DNA of 64,000 nucleotides from Chiloscyllium plagiosum (lineage: Eukaryota). Every line of letters starts with the position of its first letter. The first letter of the stretch is position 1. Made by a program: the position numbers and the translations under genes. The DNA lies in NCBI RefSeq assembly GCF_004010195.1, contig NC_057750.1:634181-698180 (forward strand), written 5' to 3'. The notes below the pieces were generated by a model. It did no database searches, was not told the origin of the DNA, and saw only the letters and a program-made list of their open reading frames with translations. This document shows positions 25,318-37,530 of the stretch, one piece after another.

Positions 25318-25702
25318 TTTTATTTGTTCATGGGATATGGGTCTTGAGTCATAGTCATAAGAGATGTACAGCATGGAAACAGACCCTTCGGTCCAACCCG
25401 TCCATGCCAAAGAGATATCATGCCCTGAGGGCAGTTAAAAGTCAACCACATTGCTGTGGGACTGGAGTCACGTGTTGGCCAGACCAGGTAAGGATGGCAG
25501 ATTTCCTTTGACAAAGGCATTCGTGAACGAGGTGGGTTTTTGCAACAATTGGTAATGGTCACAGTCTCCATTAGACTAGTGTTTTCTTTTTTAGAGATGC
25601 CATTTTTTTAAATTGGTGGTATTCCAACCAATCTCCACAGAATATTGGTCTGGAATTCCAGATGCATAGTCCAATGACCTCACCACTTGGTCACTACCTT
25701 CC
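25318..25702 (-). mobile_element. SINE-B with a HER1 tail fragment inserted (25348-25420)
   Basis: gggcagttaaaagtcaaccacattgctgtggg..ccaggtaaggatggcag; agtcatagtcataag tail. Confidence 0.75.
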
Positions 25703-25994
25703 CAGTATGAATATGTGAGGTCTTCATTACCAACTGAAGCCAGACGCCTGGTGCACTGTTAAATCATATTTATTAATAAGACTGTGTGCACAAGAGTGAG
25801 GCGACTGAGCAGTGTGCTCCAAAGCTAACAGGTTCTGACCTTCTAGTAGAGTACCAGCACATGACTGCTGAGGTCATGGCTTACCTCAGAGGTTCATCTA
25901 CATATCTCTGCATAAGTTCCCATTCTGATCTGAGTGTCAAGCTTCTCTGGTGGTGAGGCTTTAATTCTTCAAGTTATTTTAATGTTCCACTGGA

Positions 25995-26870
25995 GTTTAA
26001 GCAGTGGACAAGATGTTAGTGAGGCCACATTTGGAGTACAGTGTGCAGTTTTGGTCACCCTAGCATAGAAAGAATGTTACCAAATGAGAGTAGAGAAAAA
26101 TGTGCGGCACGGTGGCACAGTGGTTAGCACTGCTGCCTCGCAGCGCCAGAGACCCGGGTTCAATTCCCGCCTCAGGCGACTGACTGTGGAGTTTGCACGT
26201 TCTCCCCGTGTCTGCGTGGGTTTCCTCCGGGTGCTCCGGTTTCCTCCCACAGTCCAAAGATGTGCAGGTCAGGTGAATTGGCCATGCTAAATTGCCCATA
26301 GTGTTAGGTAAGGGGTAAATGTAGGGGTATGGGTGGGTTACGCTTCGGCGGGTCGGTGTGGACTTGTTGGGCCGAAGGGCCTGTTTCCACACTGTAAAGT
26401 AATCTAATCTAAAGTAATCTAATCTAATCTAAAAAGATTTACTAGGATGCTACCTGGCCTGGCAGGTTTGGGTTAAGAGGAGAGGCTGGATAAGCTGGGA
26501 CTTTGTTCACTAGAGCATAGGAGATTGAGAGATTACTATTTGGAGGTCTACAAAATCATAAGTAGCATAGCTAAGGAAGAAACCATGTTAGGGGAATCTA
26601 AAACCAGCTTGCGTAGGTTTAAGGTGAGAGTGGAGAGATCTACAAGGGTCCTGAGGGTGGTGAGTGTCTGAAAAGGGCTGCCAGAGGTAGTAATGGAGGC
26701 AAATACAATTTTGTCATTAAGAAACATTTGGACAGGCTCATGGATGCGATAGGGATGGAGGGATATGGACCAAACGCAGGCAACTAGCTTAATTGTGAAA
26801 AATGGACAGCATGGATAAGTTGGGCTGAAGGGCCTGTTTCCATGCTGTATATCTATCACTTTATAACTGA
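25995..26870 (+). mobile_element. CR1/HER1 3' end interrupted by HE1
   Basis: LVRPHLEY.VQFWSP; tail gggctgaagggcctgtttccatgctgta. Confidence 0.85.
26104..26432 (+). mobile_element. Young full-length HE1 V-SINE
   Basis: A/B boxes, intact V-core, (TAATC)n tail. Confidence 0.96.
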
Positions 26871-26914
26871 GTCCTTGATCCTACATTCCGAATCTGAATC
26901 TCTCATTTCTGAAT

Positions 26915-27475
26915 GATAGAACATAGAACAGTACAGCACAGTACAGGCCCTTCGGCCCTCGACGTCGTGCCAACTATTATCCTACTCTAAGATCAGACTA
27001 ACCTACATACCCTTCATCGTACTATCATACATGTGCCTATCCAAGAGTTGCTTAAATATATCTAATGTCTCTGACTCTACTACAACTGTTGGCAGTGCAT
27101 TCCACACACTCACCCCACTCTGTAAAGAACTGACCTCTGACAGCTCCCCTAAACCTTCTTCCAATCACCTTAAAATTAGGACCCCTTGACAGACATTTCT
27201 GCCATGGGGAAAAGTCTCCGGCTGTTCACTCTATCTACGCCTCTCAACTATAGACATCTCTATCAAGTCACCCCTCATCCTCCTTCGTTACAATGAGAAA
27301 AGCCCTAGCTCCCTCAACCTTTCTTCATCAGACATGCCCTCCAGTCCAGGCAGCATCCTAGTAAATCACATCTGCACCCTCTCCGGGGCTTCCACATCTT
27401 TCCTATAATGAGGCAACCAGAACTAAACACAATATCCCAGGTATTTCTAAGCAGGGCTCTGTAGAGCTGAACATC
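26915..27475 (-). mobile_element. CR1 LINE 3' end
   Basis: atagaacatagaac octamer tail and ORF2 C-terminal remnant. Confidence 0.88.
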
Positions 27476-27852
27476 ACTATTGCTCACTGCAGTGCACTAC
27501 CATGTCATGATTATGCTTTGGGAACAATGGATGAACTAAAATATTTGAACTAAATGTGAGGATCATGAACAAACAGGTCAGAACAGATAGAAGAAATAGC
27601 TGAGATTCCAGCATCAGAAATAGAAGTGAAACACATTTTATTAAATGAACAGCGTCTGTAGAGAGAAAGACCAATTTAAATTCTTGGATCAATTGCCTCT
27701 CACATGATCATGGAATGTTTGCAACAAAGAAGACCACCATTCAGTCCACCCTATCTGCACCAAATCTTCAATTGAGCACCTCACTTAGATCTGCCACCTA
27801 CTTCTGTTTCAGATTTCCAGTCTCATACTTGCTTTTCTATAAATTTATTGAT

Positions 27853-28142
27853 GATTAGATTAGATTCCCTACAGTGTGGAAACGGGCCCAACAAGTCCAC
27901 ACCAACCCTCCAAAGAGCAACCCATTTCCCTCTGACTAATGGGCAATTTAGCATGACCAATCCACCTGATCGGCACATCGTTTTTGGACTGTGGGAGGAA
28001 ACTGGAGCACCCGGAGGAAACTCAGGCAGACACGGGGAGAAAGTGCAAACTTTACACAGACAATCACCTGAAGCTGGAATCGAACCTGAGTCCCTGGCAG
28101 TGTGAGGCTGAAGTGCTAACCACTGAGCCACCATGCTACCCC
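27853..28142 (-). mobile_element. HE1 V-SINE
   Basis: (GATTA)n tail, V-core, head. Confidence 0.92.
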
Positions 28143-28499
28143 ACTGGATCTCATTGATAAATATAAATTTATAGAATCTTGTGTTGCTAAGTTAACTGAA
28201 ACCGTTTTGATGGTTTTGCTATGTCCTTATATCAGAAATTAGCAGCTGAGTAATTTCTCCAATCCTGTGTCATTTATCTCAAGCTCTAATGAACAAGTTA
28301 AACCAAAGTTTGAAGGCTGCAGCTGTAAATCCGTTCAGGGTTATCCCACTGTCATTTACCTACCACTTTGTACAAGTTTGAAGTCGTTGGTTTGAGGTGG
28401 TTGAAGATTAATCAAATTGTAGCATCAAAGTGGGTCGTGGTGAAGCAAGCAACAAGCCCTAGGACAGGCAGAAGGAAACTCAACAGGACAGCTGATGAT

Positions 28500-28753
28500 C
28501 AGATGACTCATTGTAAATATTTGGAAATAACCGTACATTATGGGCCTAGAGCAGTGTCGGAAATGGACCAACTGAAGCTAAATTGACTGAACCAATCTTT
28601 TGACTCACCTGTATATAAGAGGAAGCTTTACCAGATTATGTCAAAGTCAATCCCCTCCACTCTCTTCCCAAAGCCTTTCTCCCTCAATCTTCTATCATAT
28701 TCTCAGTGTCACTGTGCTGCTGAAGAACACTTGCAAAGTCTGTTGAAGTAAGT
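28500..28753 (+). promoter_or_regulatory. Candidate Pol II promoter and non-coding first exon
   Basis: ATGACTCAT 28503, CCAAT 28592, TGACTCA 28601, TATATAAG 28612, TCA about 30 nt downstream, donor GTAAGT 28748. Confidence 0.5.
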
Positions 28754-28804
28754 AAAACAATAACTTTCTTTAAGGAACATCTTATTGCAACTTCACCTTA
28801 CCAC

Positions 28805-29110
28805 AGATTAAATTAGATTACTTAGTGTGGAAACAGGCCCTTTGGCCCAACGAGTCCACAACCACCCGCCGAAGTGCACCCACCCATACCCATTCACATT
28901 CCCCTGTATCTAACACTACGGGCAATTTAGCGTGGCCAATTCACCTAACCTGCATATTCTTGGACTGTGGGAGGACACCGGAGCACCCGGAGGAAACCCA
29001 CGCAGACACGAGGAGAATGTGCAAACTCCACACAGTCAGTTGCCTGAGGCGGGAATTGAACCCGGGATCCTGGTGCTGTGAGGCAGCAGTGCTAACCACT
29101 GAGCCACTGA
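28805..29110 (-). mobile_element. HE1 V-SINE
   Basis: Tail, V-core, head. Confidence 0.93.
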
Positions 29111-29575
29111 ATGATGACACAAAGGTTGGAGGTGTCGTTGACAGTATAGAGGGCTGTTGCAGGCTGCAGCAGGACATTGACAGGATGCAGAGATGGGCTG
29201 AGAGGTGGCAGATCGAGTTCAACCTCGATAAATGCGAGGTGATGCATTTTAGAAGGTCAAATTTGAAAGCGGAGTACAGGATTAAGGATAGGATTCTTGG
29301 CAGTGTGGAGGAACAGAGGGATCTTGGTGTGCAGGTACATAGATCCCTTAAAATGGCCACCCAAGTGGACAGGGTTGTTAAGAAAGCATTGAGGTATACA
29401 AGATAATGAGAGGCATAGAGTCGATAGCCAGAGACTATTTCCCAGGGCAGAAATGACTAACACGAGGGGTCATAGTTTTAAGCTGGTTGGAGGAAAGTAG
29501 AGGGGATGCCAGAGGCAGGTTCTTTACACGGAGAGTTGAGAGCATGGAATGTGTTGTCAGTAGTAGTTGTGGAAG
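29111..29575 (+). mobile_element. CR1 ORF2 fragment with internal deletion
   Basis: DDTKVGGVVDS.EGC.RLQQDIDRMQRWAERWQIEFN.DKCEVMHF. Confidence 0.92.
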
Positions 29576-30563
29576 GGGGAAGAGGAGCAGAGCAGTAGTC
29601 ATTGGGGACTCTATAGTTAGGGGGAACAGACAGGAGGTTCTGTGGGGATGAGAGAGACTCAGTTGGTGTGTTGCCTCCCAGGTGCCAGGGTTCGTGATGT
29701 CTCTGATCGTGTTTTTGGGATCCTTAAGGTGGAGGGGGAGCAGCCCCAAGTTGCGGTCCACATAGGCACCAACTACATGGGTAGGAAGAGAGATGGGGAT
29801 TTAAGGCAGCAATTCAGGGAGCTAGGGTGGAAGCTTAGAGCTAAGATGAATAGAGTTGTTTTCTCTGGTTTGTTACCCGTGCCACGTGATAGTGAGGCGA
29901 GGAATGGGGAGAGAGAGGAGTTGAATATGTGGCTACAGGGATGGTGCAGGAGGAAGGGTTTTGGACTCTTGGATAATTGGGGCTCTTTCCGGGGAAGGTG
30001 GGACCTCTACAAGCAGGATGGACTTCATCTGAACCAGAGGGGTAATAATATCCTGGGGGGGAAATTCGCTAAGGCTATTGGGGTGGGTTTAAACTAATCC
30101 AGCAGGGGGGTGGAAATCAAAATTATAGTTCAAATATAGAAAAGGTAGGGAGGTCCAAAATAAAGTTTCAGGCACGCAAGATGGCACTGACACGCAAGAA
30201 GTTGGTTTGAGGTAGTATGGGCTGAGGTTAGAAACAGGAAAGGAGAGGTCACCCTGTTGGGAGATTTCTATAGGACTCCGAATAGTTCCAGAGATGTAGA
30301 GGAAAGGATAGCAAAGATGATTCTCGATGAGCGTGAGAGACAGGGTAGTTGTCATGGGGGGGCTTCAACTTTCCAAATATTGACCTGGGAACACTATAGT
30401 ACGAGTACTATAGATGGGTCAGTTTTTGTCCAGTGTGTGCAGGAGGGCTTCCTGACACAGTATGTAGACAGGCCAAAAAGGGATGAAGCCACATTAGATT
30501 TGGTACTGGGTAATGAGCCCGAACAGGTGTTAGACGTGGAGGTTGTGAGCACTTTGGTGATAG

Positions 30564-30843
30564 NNNNNNNNNNNNNNNNNNNNNNNNNNNNNNNNNNNNN
30601 NNNNNNNNNNNNNNNNNNNNNNNNNNNNNNNNNNNNNNNNNNNNNNNNNNNNNNNNNNNNNNNNNNNNNNNNNNNNNNNNNNNNNNNNNNNNNNNNNNNN
30701 NNNNNNNNNNNNNNNNNNNNNNNNNNNNNNNNNNNNNNNNNNNNNNNNNNNNNNNNNNNNNNNNNNNNNNNNNNNNNNNNNNNNNNNNNNNNNNNNNNNN
30801 NNNNNNNNNNNNNNNNNNNNNNNNNNNNNNNNNNNNNNNNNNN
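30564..30843. other. Assembly gap
   Basis: Run of N. Confidence 1.
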
Positions 30844-32189
30844 CAGCTGGGATAAAGGCAATTACGATGCAATTAGGCAAGATTTAGGAAGCATAGGATG
30901 GGGAAGGAAACTGCAGAGGATGGGCACATTAGAAATGTGGAGCTTATTCAACGAAAAGCTTGTGTGTGTTCTAGATAAGTATGTACCTGTCAGGCAGGGA
31001 GGAAGCTGTACAGCGCGGGAGCAGTGGTTTATGAAGGAAGTGGAATGTCTGGTCAAGCGGAAGAAGGCTTATGTTAGGATGAGATGTGAAGGCTCAGTTA
31101 GGGTGCTTGAGGGTTACAAGGTAGCCAGGAAAGGCCTAAAGAGAGCTTGGCAGAACCAGGAGGAGACATGAGAAGTTGTTAGTGGATAGGATCAGGGTAA
31201 ACCCTAAGGCTTTCTATAGGTATTTAAGGAATAAAAGAATGACGAGAGTAAGATTGGGGCCAATCACGGATAGTAGTGAGAAATTGTGTGTGGAGTCAGA
31301 GGAGATAGGGGAAGCACTAAATGAATATTTTTCGACAGTATTCACTCGAGAAAATGAAAATGTTGTCAAGGAGAATACTGGTGGGATTGAGGTTCACAAG
31401 GAAGAGGTATTAGAAATCCTGCAGAGTGTGAAAATAGATAAGTCCCTTGGGCCGGATGGGATTTATCTCTTTGAGAAGGTGACCAGACAGGTAGATGAGC
31501 ATAAACTGGTTGATGTGGTGTATATGGATTTCAGTAAGGCGTTCAATAAGGTTCCCCACAGTAGGCTATTGTACAAAATGCAGAGGAATGGGATTGTGGG
31601 AGATATAGCAGTTTGGATCAGTAATTGGCTTGCTGAAAGAAGACAGAGGGTGGGGGTTGATGGGAAATGTTCATCCTGGAGTCCAGTTAGGGTCAGGGGC
31701 AAGGGTCAGTGTTGGGTCCACTGCTGTTCATCATTTTTATAAACTACCTGGATGAGGATGTAGAAGGGTGGGTTAGTAAATTTGCAGACGACACTAAGGT
31801 CAGTGGAGTTGTGGCCAGTGATGAAGGATGTTATAGGTTACAGAGAGACATAGATAAGCTGCAGAGTTGGGCTGAGAGGTTGCAAATGGAGTTTAATGCG
31901 GGCAAGTGTGAGGTGAATCACTTTGGTCGGAGTAACCGGAATGCAAAGTACTGGGCTAATGGTAAGATTCTTGGTAGTGTAGATGAGCAGAGAGATCTGT
32001 GTTCATGTACACCGATCCTTGAAAGTTGCCACCCAGGTTGATAGGGTTGTTGAGGCTTAGTGTTTTAGCTCTTATTAATAGAGGGATCGAGTTCCAGAAC
32101 CATGAAGTTATACTGCAGCTGTACAAAACTCTGGTGCAGCCGCACTTGGAATATCATGTACAGTTCTGGTCACCGCATTATAGGAAGGA

Positions 32190-32318
32190 TTTAGATTAGA
32201 TTACATTAGTGTGGAAACAGGCCCTTCGGCCTGTTTTGGGATGATTCTGGTTGCGCTTCGGCGGGTCGGTGTGGACTTGTTGAGCCGAAGGGCCTGTTTC
32301 CACACTGTAAGTAATCTA
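32190..32318. repeat. Two HE1 3' tails in inverted orientation inside CR1
   Basis: agtgtggaaacaggcccttcggc ... gccgaagggcctgtttccacact. Confidence 0.85.
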
Positions 32319-34469
32319 AAACTTTAAGTACATTTAAGTCGTCACTGGACGAGCAAATGGACGTATGTAGAATAGTGTAGGTTAGATGGGCTTCAGATTG
32401 GTATGACAGATCGGCGCAACATCGAGGGCTCAATGTTCTATGCGCTGTAATGTTCTATGTTAAGATGTACGTACTGTTACAATGTTTAAAGGACATTTTA
32501 AGTAAGCTCATGAATAGGAAAGGGTTGGAAGGATCTGGGCCAGGTGCAAGCAGGTGGTACTTGTTTAGTTTGGGATTATGAAGTGGATGGGCCGAAGGGT
32601 CTGTCTACATGCTGTATGGCTCTATCGCTCTGTTTTTCTTAATGGGTCTCGCGCTGTAGCTGAAATTAATACATCCATTGTTCTCTGGATTCTACCACCT
32701 GTACACCAACAGCTGTTTCCAGACACTGACGGAGTCATGATTTCTAACAAAAAATTGATGAGTTGGTCTTAAACCAATTTTACAAAGCTTTGGTCAGTGC
32801 CACTGGTTGGATTTAATGTAGAGATGTGGGACCCAGAATGAGAGAGAGGATGGAGCATATGCAGGTATCCAGCCAGATGCAGTCTTTAGTGACTGTCTGA
32901 CTGCAGATAATCTGAGCACGACCTGCACGTGTACAATTGGCACAGAAATACACCGTTAAAGTCTTTAATTTTTATTAATGAATAGTAAATGCCAAATCCT
33001 TAAACTGGCTAATCTACACACTTTTAATGGATTCAGGAGTATTCGTTTCTATCCACCCTAATAAATTGCATGAGAAAATGCTCTGTCACTTGTGATAATT
33101 AGAAGTGACGGAACCCATTTAAAACTTAGATAATTTCCTTTGGCTTATATGATCAGCAGATACCCTATTACATTAACTCATGCTGTCTAATTCTAACTTG
33201 GGCAAAGTCAGGGAGGAGGACAAACTGTCCCTCCCCTTCACTCTCCTCTGAAACCTTCCCCCCCCCCCCCCCATCACTCCTCCTTTCACTCTGAAGGGAA
33301 GAGCTTCCATGTATGTACCTGATCCAGGATGTCCAGGACATTCCGGTTATGGGTGCTGCTGCCATTTTGTCTAATCCCTGCACAGCAAGATTCAACAGGC
33401 TGTAATGGGATCTTCTTCTGTTTTGGTCATATTGACAGAGGATAGAAGGTTGGCCTGGACATCAGATCAAACAAATGCACTTGGTCACAACGTCAGTTTG
33501 TGATCTGAAAGGCAGGAGGAACCTTGGCATAATATCCAGTCCAAGAAACAGCAAGTTGAAATGGATTCAATAATTGATTGATTTCTAGATTTGGATAGTT
33601 GACCATATTGTGTTACAGGTGTGCCCTCTTCTGGTTTGTGTATTGCAGTAAGATATAACAGAGCATCTCCTATAACCCATCACACTCTCACAGGGTAAAT
33701 GTGAGGTATTGCATCCCAAAATGTCATTCTAGTCAAGCCTTGGCTCAGTTATGGTCAAGAAACTTCATCAAAATGGAATAGGCCATTCAGTCCCTCACTC
33801 ATTAGATTGTGGGTTATCTGCCCCAGGCCTCAACTCCAGCTTCTCACCTACTCTTCCTAGTCCTCAACTCCCAACCCTACTATATTTCCAAGTCAGGATG
33901 GTGAGGGGCTTGGAGGGGAACTTGCAGGGGGTGGTGTTCCCATGTATCTGCTGCCTTTGTCCGTCCAGATGGAAGTGGGTTTGGAAGGTGAAGTGAATTC
34001 AACAGTAAAGTAAATGAAAGGGAGTGTTTGTCTCTCTTGTTTAAAGCACAAATTTCCTACAATGGAAATGTGATGTTTAGTCAATAGTGGTTTTTGAGAC
34101 ATTTGTTATAGCTAAAGATTTAATTAGGTATTCTTACAATGATTAAAGTTCAATGATAAAGTCTCCTGCTATCACTAGTGATGGATCTAAATGTGGGAAA
34201 GGCTTTAGAGATGGAGGTGCCACACCTGAATCTAGTTCAGGATGGGCAACACTCTGGATAATCCTCCCACCTTGCTGCCCTACGTGGCCAATTGGACAGA
34301 TTGTAATCCATTCAGGGCCTCAATCCACTGCCACGGAGATTGATCCAGGGAAAGACTGGTCCATCACTGGGCAATGTATGTGATGGTTTGGCAGCTCATG
34401 GGTTGTCTGTCACCTTGGGGTGATAGTAGGAGGTTCCTTGATTAAAGTCCTTCAGTTCACGATCAAGGA

Positions 34470-34670
34470 ACTGGACACCTGATGAAGGGGCAGCGCTCTG
34501 AAAGCTTGTGGCTTTAAATAAACCTGTTGGACTATAACCTGGTTTCATGTGACTTCTGATTTCATTCTGAAGAAGAGTGACTGGACCTGATGTATTAATG
34601 GTTTCTCTCTCCATGAGTTCCGCCAGGAATTTCTGTTTTTGTTTCTGATGTTCCAGCATCTTCAGTTCTT
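34470..34670 (+). mobile_element. Family B hammerhead element followed by a degenerate family D element
   Basis: cac-ctgatga-aggggc-agc-gctct-gaaagctt-gtg at 34476-34510; ctgaagaagagtgactggac at 34567. Confidence 0.8.
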
Positions 34671-35716
34671 TGCTTTTATTTTGTTTGGTGTTACATTTTC
34701 TTGAAGGTTGTCTGGTTTTATCAGAATCTGGGACGCCGAGCTCTACCACATGTGACTCCTTGCTGAAATTATTCATGTCTAGGCTTTGCTCACGGCTGTC
34801 TCGAAGCAAGCCATCTACAACTCAGGGAGAATTGAGGTCAAATCTGGAGAGATGGTGATCCTACTCCCTAGCTCTCCCGTATTTATTTTCTCGGGACAGA
34901 CATTCGATTCGCCCTGGGTCAACACTGCTGTGGAATGCCTCAGCTTTCAGAGGGAAAACTGTCAGTCAGCAACAGTGAGATGAGAAAGTATTGTGTGACA
35001 ATTGAGACAAATTCCTCTTTAATAGAAGGACAAGCTCACAGTCAGGAATAGCAGGAGGGAGTAAAGACTAGGGTCCTACTGCAGACACCTTCCAACTGCT
35101 CCATCTCTCTCCGTCTCACATACACAATCTGAAGCAAACACTCACAAGTAAGCACTCTGCCCTTTTGAAAACAAACAGTTGCCAGGAGAGGTTATGGCTT
35201 CCTCTTTGGTAATAGCAGAATAATTCATTGCAAAATGTCAGTGTTTAATGTAAAAGTTTATTTTAAGGTTGGCATTTCACAATGATGCCAGTGGAATGGT
35301 AAATGAGGCAGGTACGAGAGGAGTTGTTGCTGGAGGGATTGATGAAAAGCTGAATTCACAGCTTGCTCCTGCGTGATTAGATTTTCCTGGACCAGGGATG
35401 TAAACGTTCAGATAGTCATAAAATAATGGAATTGTGCCACATGGCAATGAGTTTGGCAAACGTTAACAGGCCCAGATTGTTCCTATTCCTTAAACCCCAT
35501 GAACAGAAGCCCTTCAGATACCACAGTGCTTTGTGTAGTTAACAGCAGAATGGTCACCCAATGGAACCAGCACTGTCAGAAAGCAAGTTGAAAGCTTTGG
35601 TCAAAATTGAAGGATGGCTCAGTGTTCCAGGGGAATTGTAGAGAGCAGAGCCCAGCAACTGAAGGCATAATGGCACATTGGACAGTGATAAAAACATGGA
35701 GTTTATACATTCGTAT

Positions 35717-36451
35717 TGTTACGGATTAGACTCGACCCCGTCCAAAGTATATTATGGAGATAGCCCAGACAAAAGGCAAATGTAAGGTTCTGTGTTCCAA
35801 ATGTGATTTGATCGGTCAATCACTAAACCTTAATCAAAGCACACTTTATTGCTCTAACATTGAAAATACAACAAAAGGAAGAATTACCATTACTTTACTA
35901 TATGGAAATACTTCACAAGATAATATATTACTGAAGCACTAACCATTGACCATTCCAAAACAGGCAGCATCCCATAAACATATCCTTGGCAAAGGTAAAT
36001 TCAGCAGAACCGTTATACGGATATTATTCCCATGTGTTGTGTCTCTCCAATCCAGAAGAATGAAACAATCTGTCCCTTTTTTGATTTTTAAGAGGAAGCC
36101 TCACTGTCTAAGACTTCACTTGAGCAGCAGACAGCTCAAGCTTTCAGCTCCAAGTGAGAACAACAAATTCTGGAGATCACAGTGGGTAAGGCAGCATCCA
36201 CCGAGAGAGAGCAAGCTAACGTTTCATGTCTAGAAGACTTTGTCAGAGCTGAAGTGAAGCTCCAACAGTCAGCAAGAAACCACCAACTAACAAAGCAAAA
36301 CTAAAATCCTTTTGGGTTTGTGTGATTTTTTTTTTTAATCATATTTTCTCACGATTCTTTTGTCTTATTTAATTTAAAAAAAAAACACACCAAGGGAGAA
36401 CTCAAAGCTGTTTCCTGTGTCTGAAGGACACATTTCGGCATCACTGTGACA
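35717..36451 (-). mobile_element. Possible solo LTR-like repeat, with a family D-like insertion at about 36165-36250
   Basis: TGTTAC...GTGACA ends and a reverse AATAAA near 35846. No matching TSD seen. Confidence 0.35.
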
Positions 36452-36462
36452 ACACCTTTTGT

Positions 36463-36767
36463 GGGCGGCACGGTGGCACAGTGGTTAGCACTGCTGCCTC
36501 ACAGCGCTAGAGACCTGGGTTCAATTCCCGCCTCAGGCGACTGACTCTGTGGAGTTTGCACGTGTCTGCGTGGGTTTTCTCTGGGTGCTCCGGTTTCCTC
36601 CCACAGTCCAAAGATGTGCAGGGTCAGGTGAATTGGCCATACTAAGATGCCTGAAGTGTTGGGTAAGGGGTAAATGTAGGAGTATGGGTGGGTTTCGCTT
36701 CGGCGGGTCGGTGTGGACTTGTTGGGCCGAAGGGCCTGTTTCCACACTGTAATGTAATCTAATCTAA
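36463..36767 (+). mobile_element. Young HE1 V-SINE
   Basis: Complete head, core and (TAATC)n tail. Confidence 0.95.
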
Positions 36768-36889
36768 ACCCCTCTGCAACAGAAACACCACAGAATGCAT
36801 CTCTGAAAGTATCATCCCAATAAGATCAGTTGAAGCAATAATATTGTTGCTCTGGCTCAGACACAGGAGCTGCTTGGGTGGAGAGAGCT

Positions 36890-37530
36890 GGAAGCATTGT
36901 GTTAATAATCCAGGATCTAATACTCTGTACCCAAGGGTTCACATCTCTTCCCAGCAACTGAAGGGACTTCAATTCAATTAATACAAAGTCTGGAATTGAA
37001 AACTACTCATATGTGATGGTGGCCAGAAAGCTATCACCAATGATCCAGAAACTTCCAGCTGGGTCACTAATGACATTTCAGGAAGGAACTCTGTTTTTTT
37101 TTTTTTTCTTCATTCACACGTCTCTGGTTGGGCCCAGCGTTTATTGCTTGTCCCTAGTTGCCCCTTGAGAAAGTGGGGGTGAGCTGCCTTAATGAACCTG
37201 CAGTCCATGTGCTGTGGGTTGATCCATGATGTCATCAGGGAGGGAATTCCAGAATATTGACCCCAGTGACATTGAAGAAATGGTGATATATTTCCAAGTC
37301 AGGATAGTGAGTGGCTCAGAGGGGAGCTTACAGGGGGAGGTGTTTCCATGTATCCGCTGCCCTTGTCATTCCAGGCAGCCTTTACCTGGTCCAACCTCCA
37401 TGTGACTCTGGACCCACTGCAATGAGATTGACTCTTAACTGCTCTCTGAAGTGACCTGGCAGACCATTCAGTTAAAGGGCAATTGATGAGCAACAAATAC
37501 TGGCCTTGCCAGTAATGGCCATATGTGAGA
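36890..37530 (+). mobile_element. Old SINE-B with an antisense LINE 3' end inserted (37095-37370)
   Basis: SINE-B body resumes at tttacctggtcc..tgtgactctggaccc after the insert. Confidence 0.7.

Larger units (their letters stand above)
29576..32630 (+). mobile_element. Long degenerate CR1/HER1 LINE: ORF1 SGNH esterase, endonuclease and RT remnants
   Basis: VIGDSIVRG..CCLPGARVRDV..HIGTN..DGLHLN; GDFYR.P; A.LDLVLGNEP; VDVVYMDFSKAF; SKFADDTK. Confidence 0.95.

Noticed and set aside
26104..26175. tRNA genes
   Set aside because: All A/B-box-bearing segments are SINE heads followed by SINE bodies; no complete cloverleaf was seen.
30394..30880. ORFs spanning 30564-30843
   Set aside because: Artefacts of the N gap.
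33082..33112. Small hairpin TCTGTCACTT/AAGTGACGGA
   Set aside because: A 10-bp stem with a wobble is expected by chance in 64 kb.
35020..35153. Second first-exon candidate ending at CAA|gtaagc (35148)
   Set aside because: Only a moderate donor and no convincing core promoter or acceptor.
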